64,000 nucleotides of DNA from NCBI RefSeq assembly GCF_041146345.1, contig NW_027191417.1:1364001-1428000 (forward strand), in the 5' to 3' direction. This document shows, one piece after another, positions 40,971 through 52,225 of the stretch. The first letter of the stretch is position 1, and the number at the start of each line of letters is the position of its first letter. The stretch comes from Neodothiora populina (Eukaryota). The position numbers and the translations under genes were made by a program. Below the pieces are notes generated by a model. That model did not search any database. It worked only from the letters and a program-made list of their open reading frames with translations, and was not told where the DNA came from.

Positions 40971-43948
40971 ATGATTTCCCGATGTGTTCGAGTATTGTAC
41001 ATCTTACTGATCATATCTCAATTCCAGAACTCTTTCGCCGCTCCCATCATTACTGTTACAAGTTACGAATGCGATACTACAACGTCCACTTCATCAATAG
41101 GCGAACCTGCTGCGACTGTTCTAGAAGCTAGTGACGGTCAAGTCTACGTAATATATTCGACCTATACAGGGTATACAAGTGCCAGTGGTGAACCTCACGA
41201 TCCAGAATTTGCACCTTCTCGGACGACAAGCCAAGAAACACCGAGCTCGACAAGTGTACCTCAGAACTCGGAAGCATTTTCCCCATCGGCGTGGCCTTCA
41301 TACACCTCTTCCTATACAAGTCCTCTAACTAGTGCTTCTACATCATTGACAACTCCCGCAGTATATAGTATCTCTGATAGTAAGACAGTGGAAACCTACG
41401 GAGTAAGTTACATCCCTGCATATTTCACTCCTTCTTCGACAGAGAATGCCATGATTGTTTGGTCTACTCGTGTCGTGGACAAGAGTAACACTACACATAA
41501 TTGGGATCGAGCTGCTTTCGCAAACACAGCAAAACAAACCCTGTCTAGGCTATTGCTAAATATACGATCAGTCCATAATTACCTCACTCGAAACAGCTGG
41601 CGAACCAGGATTTTTGCCATTCCCGACTATTCCTGTCAGCAAATATACTCCGTTGTCACTGATCGATACAGCAAGTACTTCAGTGCCAGAGCCAACAATG
41701 ACTGTCATGGCAAGTGCGTTGTCCGTCAACAACATCTTCACTTCTATCCAGAGTGGAGCACCTCCTTCCCAGGTGACCCAGAGAGCTGATCATCCTGTCG
41801 GTCGGCTTGGCATTGCGAACCAGACTACAAAACTTGAGACGAATAAATTCTATGCGAATTTCTTTCTGGGCTCACAAGCCAGCTCGTCATTCACTCATCC
41901 ATACTCCGTCTCATGGTCCAAAGGGTCTGGTGCGGCAGGAAGCTGGGGACTCTCTGTTTCTCATATCGAGCGCTCCCAGCTGGCATATGGTCCAGGAGAC
42001 CCAGCGGGATATTTCATCAATCCAATTGGCATACAGTCTTTGATCCTGTCGGCGAATGAGCTGAATCAGACCACCAATCTTACGACTGACTCGCTCGATG
42101 CGTTCAGTGTCAACGTTAACCTTCTGCCGGCCAGCGGTAAGTTGCCTGCCATATCCTTTCCATTGGTGCAAGGGATGGCTTTTGTCACTGGCGTCTATTC
42201 GAATGCAACTCCAAAGATCGAAAGTAGCGTAGCTTTCCTCAGCGTTGCCTACATTGGAGCTGTGGCTTCCAACTCTACCTACAAATACCAGGCAAGCTTA
42301 GGTGATGGTACAACATGGTACATATACGTCACGACGTCTCAAGCGGGCTATCCAGTCAATGCCTTCTCACTGGTAAGCTCATATCGGCTTCAGGGCGCGG
42401 TTGGCTTCAATGGGTTTATACAAGTTGCGAAACAACCCACTGGGAATGCGAGTAGTGATGCACAGCGCCTTTACGATGCATCAGCAGGGACGTACCCCAC
42501 TTCCGCATCCGTTAGTGGATCTGTCTCGGGCACGTCAGGCACGTATGGCTTCACCTGGACCAAAGGTGGAATCACCAGCCGACCTCTGATGATGTTCGCC
42601 CTTCCGCATCATGTTGAAGTCTTGTCCAGATCAGGGGTAAATGTGACTGACATACAACTCACGACGACTACCAAAGGTCTAGCGACTGCTGTTGTCGGAA
42701 ACTCTTGGACTATTACTGAGCCTGACCTCCCGGTAGACATGGGCTTCGCGCCATGGTCGCCCGCGCGAAGAAGCATCAACTCCGTATCGTCAACTGCTGC
42801 GACAATGATCAATTCGGCGGGTTCTTCAGAACTGAGCCAGGACATTCATGGTCAGACATACCTGGACAGTATGTATTATAGCGGAAAAGCTCTTGCCAAG
42901 TTTGCTGCGATAGTATACTCCCTACATGATATTGTCGGCAATACAAGTCTGTCCGCTACTGGACTGCAGAAGCTCGAGACCGCTTTTGCGGCATTTGTGA
43001 ACAACACACAAATTAACCCGTTGGTCTACGAGTCGGCATGGGGTGGTGTGGTATCGTCCGGCACGTATCGTACCGGTGATTCGGGCCTGGACTTTGGCAA
43101 TACATACTACAACGACCATCATTTCCACTATGGTATGTTTTGATGGATTCATACGACTAGAATTGTAGCTGACTAGTACAGGATACTTTGTGTACGCGGC
43201 GGCCGTCATAGGATACCTCGATCCAAACTGGCTGAACACGGGAAGTAACAAGGCATGGGTCAATATGCTGGTCCGCGATTATGCCAACCCCATATCCAAC
43301 GACACGTACTTTCCTTTTTCACGGTCGTTCGATTGGTACCACGGACACTCGTGGGCAAAGGGACTGTTCGAGAGCGGCGACGGCAAAGACGAAGAGTCGA
43401 GCAGCGAAGACGCCATGGCAAGCTACGCCATCAAGATGTGGGGACGCAGTATCAACGACGCCGCAATGGAAGCAAGGGGCAATTTGATGTTAGCGATGCA
43501 AGCCAGGAGCTTCCAGAAGTATTTCCTGTACACGTCCGACAACCCCGTCGAGCCCGCTCGCTTCATCGGCAATAAAGTCAGCGGAATCCTGTTCGAGAAC
43601 AAGATCGACCACACGACGTACTTCGGGAGCAACGCCGAGTACATCGAGGGCATCCACATGCTGCCTCTGATGCCGTTCAGCACACTCACACGCACACAAA
43701 AGTTCGTGTCGGAAGAGTGGGACAAGTATTTTTCGTCTGGACGTGCTGATTCCGTGGCTGGCGGATGGAGAGGCATGTTGTATGCCAATCTCGCGATCAT
43801 CGACCCAAGAACGAGCTACCTCTTCTTCTCGAGGCCGAACTTCGACATGAGTCTCTTGGACGGCGGGGCGAGTCTGACGTGGTATTTGACTTGGTCGGCG
43901 GCGATGGGAGGGTCGCCTGCCGCTGCCGCTGCCGATGCTACGGAGTGA
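40971..43948 (+). CDS. Secreted endo-1,3-beta-glucanase, GH81 (Eng1/Acf2 family), with signal peptide and Ser/Thr-rich region; exons 40971-41402, 41572-43132, 43182-43948
   Basis: ETNKFYANFFLG, FPLVQGMAFVT, YYSGKALAKFA, DFGNTYYNDHHFHYGY, GHSWAKGLFESGDGKDEESSSED and GIHMLP. N-terminal MISRCVRVLYILLIISQFQNSFA resembles a signal peptide. Confidence 0.93.
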
Positions 43949-44949
43949 GATGAGGCTCCAAGTGGCTGGCTAGGGTTTCCAAGGTGCGTGAGGCGATAAT
44001 TCAAGAGATAGAAGCCGACTCATGAATCATGTGCTTACGATGCTGGATAGAATATGGGAGGGATGAGACACACATGAAAGAGAAAAAAATATATCTCGGC
44101 AATGTGGATCTGGTGTCGGGACAGGTAGAGAGACGGGATATATCAAATCAACAAGAGGCAGGTCGGCGAGGTTACTCTTTCCGGATGGATGGATGCTATG
44201 GATGGACGCATATAATGATAGATTGATGCACAACACGGGGGCGCGGCATTGCTTTTTTCCTTGGGAATTTAGAACATTTCTCGCGATATCTTGATTTGTT
44301 GCAGTAACAATCTCACTCGTTTCTTCTCTCCTTTATACGTTACACAACGAAGGGCGAAAAGCCCGAGCGGCAAGGTTGGCTGGAAATGTGAAATGCAATG
44401 TGAAAAGTAATGAATTTTCACGTGTATTTTGTACAGTGGTAGAGCTGTATAAGTCGTACAGCAATGAGGGTATATCGATATAGCGCCGTCGGTGTCTTTT
44501 TTCCTTTTTATGTTACATTCTCAAGCAAGGCCCTAAAAGAAAAGGTTGAGTGTTCTTTGCCTTTGCTCTGCTCCAAATCCCCCCAAATTTTCGGAACCTC
44601 TAGTCAAAGACCTTCCATCTCGATCTTGAGCAAGGATGGGGTAGGATATCTCTTCGTCGTTGGTGGTTTTGCGTCTCGTCTACAGCGCGTCATTCGAGCA
44701 TTGCTTGCGTAGTTACACTATGGCTCTCCTGCTGGCTCGGAGCTCGGCGGATGTCGTTTGATCTCTCCTGAGTTGCGCATCATGCCCGGTAGGTGCAATG
44801 GTATACACGATTCGAGGCCTTCCTCGACCTCTCGGTTCTAACCCAACTTCCGCCATCTTCCCCTCCCCAGTCTTCGTAAAGAGTTCACAAACCTCCTCAA
44901 TGTCTCCTTTGCTCTCCGTCGTCGTAGGAGACGAAAAATGGAGTTTCGC

Positions 44950-44975
44950 GAGAGAGAGAGAGAGAGAGAGAGAGA
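44950..44975. repeat. (GA)13 microsatellite immediately after the mL41 stop codon
   Basis: Direct reading of the sequence. Confidence 0.95.
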
Positions 44976-45396
44976 TCAGAAATCGCCGCCCTCAGCCTTC
45001 CACTGATTGAGATAGAGCTTTCCAGAGCGCGGGCTCAAGCCCCGGCCGAATGTCCCCTTTGCCTTTTCGATATTCTTCGCCACGAACGGCGTGAGCTGCA
45101 GCACACACGCAAAAGCCATCAGCACTGTTTCCTCTCCCTCTTTCGTTTCTTTTCCTTCTCCATTTCATCTGCCCACACTGGGCATGACAATTCACACATA
45201 CCTGGAAATCCGTCAGGTCGGGCACGACGTACGTGCGCACCTTGGAGTAGTCGATCTTGTAGCCGCCCCATTTGGTGTGCGAGCCCATTGCGCCGCTGCC
45301 GGTTCCCTTGTAGAAGCCTTTGCGGGCGGATTTGGTCGTCAGGGCCAGGCGGCGCAGGGCGCGCTGCAGGGGCTGGGTGGGGCTGAAGGGACCCAT
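44976..45396 (-). CDS. MRPL27: Mitochondrial ribosomal protein mL41 (yeast Mrpl27); 2 exons
   Basis: RRLALTTKSARKGFYKGTGSGAMG..GGYKIDYSKVRTYVVPDL, then intron GTATGT..CTGAT..CAG, then LTPFV...WKAEGGDF*. Confidence 0.9.
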
Positions 45397-45553
45397 TGCG
45401 TTGTTTTGTTTCTTTCTGGGCTCGTGATGTGTTGTTGTGGGCGACGGGAGTGGTCGAGTCGGGGGTTATTGTGGATAGATGATGGATGATATTGTGGATG
45501 TGATCGAGTGGACTTTCTCGAATTCCCCTCCGCTCCGCTCCGCTGCAGTCGGC

Positions 45554-45589
45554 GGTGGTGGTGGTGGTGGTGGTGGTGGTGGTGGTGGT
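45554..45589. repeat. (GGT)12 microsatellite in the divergent mL41/UTP14 intergenic region
   Basis: Direct reading of the sequence. Confidence 0.95.
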
Positions 45590-45867
45590 GTACAGCTGAG
45601 CGCACGGACTGCGCGGGAGTGCAAGGTTGGCCGCAGATAATCGACGGGCGCCAAGATTTCTCTCTCTCTGTCTCTTTCCCGCGGGCAAAAGAATAATTTT
45701 TGGAGAAAAGATTATTTATCGACTATCATCTTGCCTGGCACAGAGCATTGCGTTTTCATTGCATGACTCTCACATATGCTGTTTTCTCATCTTTCCGGCC
45801 AGCTCATAATCTAGGATAATCAAGCGAAACAGGAAAAAAAAAGCAAGTGCAGAACGAAAAAAAAAAG

Positions 45868-48800
45868 ATGCCTCCCGGCAGACAATCACGCGCCTCGACG
45901 GCCGCAACCTCCTCGAAACCCAAAAACGCCCGTCAAAAGTCCCAGAAGCGCACCCTCGATGCCTTCTCCATCGCCGCTCACCAGTTCCTCGAAAAGCCAA
46001 AGGGCAGGAAAAGCAGACTAGGCGAGGCCGTCAGCGACGGACAGCCGCGCAAGCGGAGACGCGTGCAGGATGACGACGACGACAACGACGACGACAACGA
46101 CGACGAGGATGAGGACGAAAATGGACGCGGAGGGAAGAGGAGAACTAGATATGGAGCGGATGACGACATCGAAGAGGGAAGTGACAGTGAGGGCAACGAG
46201 TGGCGCATCGGAGGCCCTATCGGCGACGACAGCGATAGCAGTCTCAACTCGGACGAGGCTTTTGGAGAGAGCGACGAAGAGAGATTCGAGGGATTCACTT
46301 TCAGAGGAAGCGCGGCTTCGAAGAAGGATGTGAAGAAAAAGAAACAGAGCAAGGCTCGTCGTGTCTCTGCTGAAATGGATCTGGACGAGGGAAGCAGTGG
46401 CGACGACGGGGAAGATGACGAAGATGATGACTTTGGCGACGAGGGCGTCGATCTGGCTACTATGCTCGACTACAACAGCGAGGAAGAGGACGAGCAGCCC
46501 AAGAAGAAATCAAAGAAGACCCGAGACGATGACGATGATGTTTCTTCCGCCGCCGATGATGAAGAGGACGACGACGACGACGACGACGAAGAAGAAGAAG
46601 ACCAAGACTCCGACGACGAGCCCCCCTCCGAGGCCGAATCAGACGACGACGCAGACCCGAGCAAACTATCAAAACTGCAGGACCTGATCGCATCTCTCGA
46701 CGCCGACCAGCCAGAGAAGCGTCTGGCGAACCGCGCCCCGGACGTCCACGAGTCACAGCAACCGTCCGCATTCGGTCTCTCTGCCACGCAAAAACTGAAA
46801 ATCTCCGACCTCCTTCCCACCGTCACCGACCCTTCCCTGCGCAAGTCTCTCAAGCTTCTTTCCTCCGACAAGCCCTCGAAACGCTCTGCCGGCCCCGGCA
46901 AACTCGATGCTCCGCTCCCCAAGCGCCAGCAGGACAAGCTGGACAGAGAGGCAGCGACCAAGAAAGCAAAAGAAGAACTCGACAAATGGCGCGACACGGT
47001 CATCCACAACCGTCGGGCCGAGTTCCTGCAGTTTCCCCTCAAGGACCCCAATGCTTCAGAGCCGCTGGGCAAGAAGACGATGATCGCCGTGCAGCAGACA
47101 CAGCCGCAGAACGACCTCGAGAGCGCCATCCAGAACATCCTCGTCGAGAGCGGTCTGGGAGCCAAGGGCAAGCGCGGCGAAGAAGAAGCACAGATGCAGG
47201 AATTCGAAGAGCTCAAGATGAACAAGATCCCGATCGAAGAAGTCATGGCTCGCCGTGCCGACCTGCGCAAAGCCAGAGAGCTGCTCTTCCGCGAAGAGGC
47301 AAAAGCCAAGCGCATCAAGAAGATCAAGTCCAAGGCCTACCGAAGAGTGCACCGCAGAGAGCGCGAGCGAGACGCCGCCAAGGACCAGGAATTCAAAGAC
47401 GCCGAGGGCATCGAGACCGACGAGGACGAACAGGAAAAGCGAGACAGGAAGCGTGCAGAAGAGAGAATGAGCACCAAGCACCGCGACAGCAAGTGGGCCA
47501 AGGGCATGAAGAAGTCCGGGCGTACCGTGTGGGACGACGATGCTCGCGACAGCATGATGGAACTCGCCCGTCGCAACGAGCATCTACGAAAGAGAATCGA
47601 AGGCAAGGACGTGCGCGAGCGTGACAGTGATGACTCGGACGTGAGCGACGAGGACGACGACGAGGACGACGACGACGACATGGACGACGACGAGGCGTCC
47701 CGGAAGCGCCTGTCCAAGAACCTCGAGAAGCTCGGCCAAGGCGACAAGGAGCACTCGAGGCTCGGCAACATGCTGTTCATGCAGCGCGCGGACGCGGCCA
47801 GACGGGCACAGAACGAGGAAGAGATCCAGCGTCTGAAGCGCGAACTCGCCGACATGGACTCGGCCAGCGACAAGGAAGACGCCGACACGACCGTGGGCCG
47901 CCGCACTTTCGGGCCAAAGGCCAAGAACGGTGCGGTCGCTGCAGAGCCCCAGCCCGCCCGCACAGAAATGGAGGAGAATCTTGCTTCCGACGAAGAAGAC
48001 ACCAGAGTTATCGCCGACGACAACGGCGAAGCAGAGATCATCGTCGACCGTCCTGCCACCAACAGTGCATCAGCAGCCAAGGCACGCAAAGCCCGACCTC
48101 TGATGGCCACGAAGCCAACAAACGCCGCGCCCAAGGAGCCCGAGACCAACGGCGACGACGACGCCAACGAGTGGCTGTCGACATCGATCAAAAAGTCCAA
48201 CAAGAAGAACAAGAACAAAACCAACGAGGACGCCGTCATCGTGTCGACGAAAGCCGTACCTGCCGCCGCCGGCGGCAAGAAGCAGTCCAAAGCCGCAGCC
48301 GCAGCAGCATCCACAGACGGCTGGACATACATCCCTCACCCCAACGCCTCCGCCACCACTGCTCCGCCCAAAGACTCCGCAGCAGAAGACCCCGAAACCA
48401 GCAACCCCATGCTCTCCCACTCCAGCCAACAAGCGGCCTTCCACGCGCGCGCCTTCGCCCACGACGACACGACCGCCAGCACCTTCGCGGACGAAAAGGC
48501 CGACATGGCCACCCTCGAAGGGCCACAAGAAACCTCCACCCACCTCCCAGGCTGGGGCAGCTGGGCGGGAACCGGGCTCTCCAAAGCGACGCGCAAGCAC
48601 AACGCGCGCATAGCGCACAACCCCTTATTCAAAACCATTTCGCCAAGCACCATAACCGCCTCCGGAAAGCCGCTCTCGCGCGCCCAAGACCGCCGCGACG
48701 CGACCCTCAAAAACGTCATCATCAGCGAAGCCCAGCAGCGCAAGGGCAAGAAATACCTCGCCACCTCGCTACCGCATGAGTTCGAGAGAGGCGACCAGTA

Positions 48801-48930
48801 CGAGCGCTCGCTGCGGATTCCCATGGGCCCGGAGTGGGTCACGAAGGAGACGCATCAGAGCGCTACGAGGCCGAGGGTCGTCACTAAACGCGGCACGGTC
48901 ATCGAGGCTATGGAGAAGCCGCTTGTTTAG
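45868..48930 (+). CDS. UTP14: U3 snoRNA-associated protein Utp14 (SSU processome); intronless
   Basis: LPKRQQDKLDREAA, ELLFREEAKAKRIKKIKSKAYRRV, RAEERMSTKH..SKWAK, LPGWGSWAG and YERSLRIPMGPEW. Confidence 0.95.
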   Translation: MPPGRQSRASTAATSSKPKNARQKSQKRTLDAFSIAAHQFLEKPKGRKSRLGEAVSDGQPRKRRRVQDDDDDNDDDNDDEDEDENGRGGKRRTRYGADDDIEEGSDSEGNEWRIGGPIGDDSDSSLNSDEAFGESDEERFEGFTFRGSAASKKDVKKKKQSKARRVSAEMDLDEGSSGDDGEDDEDDDFGDEGVDLATMLDYNSEEEDEQPKKKSKKTRDDDDDVSSAADDEEDDDDDDDEEEEDQDSDDEPPSEAESDDDADPSKLSKLQDLIASLDADQPEKRLANRAPDVHESQQPSAFGLSATQKLKISDLLPTVTDPSLRKSLKLLSSDKPSKRSAGPGKLDAPLPKRQQDKLDREAATKKAKEELDKWRDTVIHNRRAEFLQFPLKDPNASEPLGKKTMIAVQQTQPQNDLESAIQNILVESGLGAKGKRGEEEAQMQEFEELKMNKIPIEEVMARRADLRKARELLFREEAKAKRIKKIKSKAYRRVHRRERERDAAKDQEFKDAEGIETDEDEQEKRDRKRAEERMSTKHRDSKWAKGMKKSGRTVWDDDARDSMMELARRNEHLRKRIEGKDVRERDSDDSDVSDEDDDEDDDDDMDDDEASRKRLSKNLEKLGQGDKEHSRLGNMLFMQRADAARRAQNEEEIQRLKRELADMDSASDKEDADTTVGRRTFGPKAKNGAVAAEPQPARTEMEENLASDEEDTRVIADDNGEAEIIVDRPATNSASAAKARKARPLMATKPTNAAPKEPETNGDDDANEWLSTSIKKSNKKNKNKTNEDAVIVSTKAVPAAAGGKKQSKAAAAAASTDGWTYIPHPNASATTAPPKDSAAEDPETSNPMLSHSSQQAAFHARAFAHDDTTASTFADEKADMATLEGPQETSTHLPGWGSWAGTGLSKATRKHNARIAHNPLFKTISPSTITASGKPLSRAQDRRDATLKNVIISEAQQRKGKKYLATSLPHEFERGDQYERSLRIPMGPEWVTKETHQSATRPRVVTKRGTVIEAMEKPLV

Positions 48931-48997
48931 TCTGTTTCCTTCTGCCTCGTGTAGACCATCGCCGGAATAGATTGTCTTTCCACTGGGAGAAAGGCGG

Positions 48998-49127
48998 TTG
49001 TCCTGCGCGGACGGCGCCACTGCGTGGAGCTTCTCTTACTTCTCCTAAAGCGATACTTAAGCTGGTGTTGTTATCTCACCGTGAGGGAAGGTGATTGTCC
49101 TGCGCGGACGGCGCCACTGCGTGGAGC
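48998..49127. repeat. Direct repeat with a 33-bp identical core (48998-49030 and 49095-49127), period 97 bp, and diverged flanks
   Basis: TTGTCCTGCGCGGACGGCGCCACTGCGTGGAGC occurs twice. Flanks AAGGCGG/AAGGTGA and TTCTCTT/CTCTCTT are similar. Confidence 0.95.
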
Positions 49128-49447
49128 CTCTCTTTCCCCAATAGACGCAAGTCATAGATATCAAAAGTAGAGTTCTCAAAGCAATGACGAAACTTTCTCG
49201 CCTATCACCCCTTAACGCGTTAGAACCGAAGAGCTTAGCAAGTGCATTCTGTTTTACTGTGTCAGGGAGATTCTGAGGATATTCTTGTTCCATGTCTAGG
49301 TCTGCTGTAACCGTGTTCTACACGCCCCTTTCCTCATCGCGTCTTTTCTTCTTGTTGTCTTGTTCTTGCTCATACAGTCTATACGTACACATTTACAACA
49401 GAGCGGAAAAGATAGAAAATCAGGAGACTAGCTACCTATCCTCGACT

Positions 49448-51525
49448 TCAAGCACCGACATGTGCGCCATGCCCATCATCTACTGCAACGCTATTGGGTC
49501 CTTCCTGTTTCGGGTGACGAGGCTTGTCGGCGCGGTTCGAGTGTCTTTCCACAGTCAGCGAATGAACAAAATAGTCCCAATAGCACTAAAAGTCAAAATA
49601 GGAGAAGAGAAAGAAGAAACGACTCACTTGTGCACGACCCTCTCAATAGCATCCAGACCCATCTTGAGCACCTCCATCTTCGGCCCGTACGAAAGCCGGA
49701 CAAAGTGATGACAAGGCGAATCGAACAGATCTCTGCGCTTCGAAGGGTTGAGATCGAAGAAGATGCCCGGCACGACGATGACTTTTTCCAGCAGACATGC
49801 GTTGAAGAAATTGAGACCGTCATTGATGCCGTCTGGAAGCGAGGAGAGGTCGAGCCAGAGGTAGAATGTCGAGTTGGGCGTGTATGGCAGTTTGAAGCCC
49901 ATGCTGGTCAGGCGGTCGAGGACGTAGTCGCGCTTGTCGCGGAAATGTGTCTGCAGGGCACGCATCTCGTTGGCGACTTTGGTGGGCTTTTGTCTCCCGT
50001 CAGTTTGCTTGCTCTCGTTTGCTATGAAAAAAGAAACTCGCCTCGAGCATCTTCACTGCTGCTTCTTGGAATGGAACATTGGTGCCTCCGTCGAGATAAG
50101 ATCCACATGATCCAATTGCTTTGATGAACTCCTTCGGTCCCACGATCCATGCTACACGCCAGCCCGGAAGACGGAAACGCTTCGTCAGGCCATCGATGAT
50201 CAAGACGTCTGTGTACAAGTCAGCGAGGTCTCACTCAGTAAGAGCAAGAAACACTGCTCACCATCCTCGTCAACATCATCAATGTTGTCCGCGGCAGAAA
50301 TGACGGTTCCGTCACAGTCGCTGGTGTAGTTGTATCCACAATAGAATTCGTCCATGATCAATGTAGCGCGATCACGGCAAATGTCCTGGATCTGGGCGAG
50401 TTCAGGGTTTGTCAGAACTTGACCCGTCGGGTTACGAGGGTTAGAAGTCAAGATAACGCTGGTTCCTGTAGATTTACGCCGTCAAATTGGGCATAAAGGG
50501 TTGTGACAGAGACAAAACTCACCTCGAGCAATCTCCTCCGCAATCTTGTCTGCATGCATGTGGTATCCATCCTGTTTCGACAGAGGAATCGGGATTGCCG
50601 AAAACTGTTTTGCTCGCCCATTAGTTGACATACCTCTCGACGAAAGGACGCAAAACTCACATTACGGAACAGACTCAACATCTCATTGTAGGCAGTATAA
50701 TCAGGAATGAAGAACCCCAGATATGCATTGCCAATGACAGCAGCGATACGGATCAACCCCGCTCTACCACCAGGCACAATACACACATTCTCATATGTGT
50801 ACTTGCTAGCTTTGCCCTGACGATGGTGTTCGTTGTAGAGGTTTGCCACCGCTTCCCTCAGGGGTTTGATACCAGCAGTGGGGCCGTATTCACGCCCAGT
50901 CATGCTTACATCGATAGAATGAGGGCGTTCGAAGCATCCTTCGATCTCGTCGTCGACTTCTGGTGCGCCTTGTCCAAGGTTCGCCCATAGTTCCGGGTGG
51001 TCCTGTAGTTTGGCAGTTTAGCACCTCCATGTAACAGCAAGCAGTCTGCACACGCCACAAGTATGCAACTAGAAGAACAAACATACAGCGAAACCATGCT
51101 CATAAGCACGCTCAGTAGTCCAAACAACACCAGTAGAAGCTCTCGAGGGATCGAGTCCAGCGTGCGGACGGTGCCCCTCATGAGCATTTCTGAACTGGCG
51201 ATGAATCGTCGAATTCAACTCTGTTGCTCATCGATGATGTCAGTGCTTTGTCCACTGTCTTTCTCGATTCTGGGAAAATATGGAGACTGCAAAAGCTGGG
51301 GAAGAGAAGCATGCGGTGAAGACGAGGCAATCCCCAACAAAGAAAGCCATTTCTTGCGGATCATGATGTCGTTCCAGCATCAGTGCCCGACGGCTATCAA
51401 AGAGAAGAAAAAAGAAAAGACTCACCACTGTCAGTAGGATCCTTGCTGTGCGAGAATCGCCTCTCCTTGTATCCCTTGCTGTGATTGATCGGGAGATCCG
51501 AAGCAGAGAAACTAGCACGACCCAT
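49448..51525 (-). CDS. PLP-dependent class I/II aminotransferase; 8 exons
   Basis: WANLGQGAPE, EYGPTAGIKPLREAVANLYN, PGGRAGL, SNPRNPTG, IMDEFY, PLP-lysine motif DGLTKRFRLPGWRVAW, VPGIFFD and VRLSYGP. Confidence 0.88.
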
Positions 51526-51801
51526 CTTGAGCAGCGATTATCCTGTCGAATGGCGCTTCAATCGAATAGTTCCGGGTCGGTCAGGTTGATATCTCGATTG
51601 ACTGCTTGGTGCGGAAGATGTGCACCTCCACGTAGTCCTAGGAATAGGTCCGCGAACAAGGCGAAGAAGAGAAGATTAAAGTATAGGAACAACTCCAACA
51701 GTCTCCCGAGCCTGCAAATATATGGAGTCCAAACAAAGTTGGCCTTTATTAAAACAAGCTCAATGGCAAAAAGGTAAGCTTGCAACAGCCATCGTCACCA
51801 A

Positions 51802-51825
51802 CAAGCAAGCAAGCAAGCAAGCAAG
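51802..51825. repeat. (CAAG)6 microsatellite
   Basis: Direct reading of the sequence. Confidence 0.9.
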
Positions 51826-52225
51826 CAGTTGGGTGTAGACTTCCGGGAACGGCCGACCGATGAGGTAAGCGGTGCGATGATCGTTTTGGTCTGATATATG
51901 GAAAGTAAGAAACAAAAACAACAATTTGGAAAATGCTAAATTACGAATATTCGCTCGAGGTTTCCCTTCGATGTCTGCAATGACATTATATCCCTTTGTA
52001 GTGCTTACCTATGCGGTAAATGCAGCCTCCCGGCCACTCGCTTATGATGAACGGCCGAGATTGGCCAGACGTGAGCCTCCCCCGTCGGGACGTACATGGT
52101 CCCGAAGTCACCAGATGGCTTGTGTTGCTTGGCTCACGTGCTCGTTATTGAACAGTACGACAGGATAGTACAAGAACTCTAGTGTATACAAACGAACTAT
52201 CTACAAGACCTTTTTTCCAGCAAAC

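Noticed and set aside
30443..43948. USP, ayg1, Argonaute and GH81 as a stress/defence gene cluster
   Set aside because: The functions are unrelated, with no shared motif or mobile boundary; adjacency alone is not evidence without synteny data.
45978..48842. Many long overlapping or antisense ORFs in UTP14 (likewise in SEC3, SRP40 and epsin)
   Set aside because: Low-complexity shadows of GC-rich, repetitive coding sequence.
48998..49127. CRISPR-like or HDV/hammerhead ribozyme reading of the 33-bp repeat
   Set aside because: Only two copies in a eukaryote with no cas genes. The ribozyme cores (CUGAUGA/GAAA, or P1 plus P1.1 GG) could not be fitted.
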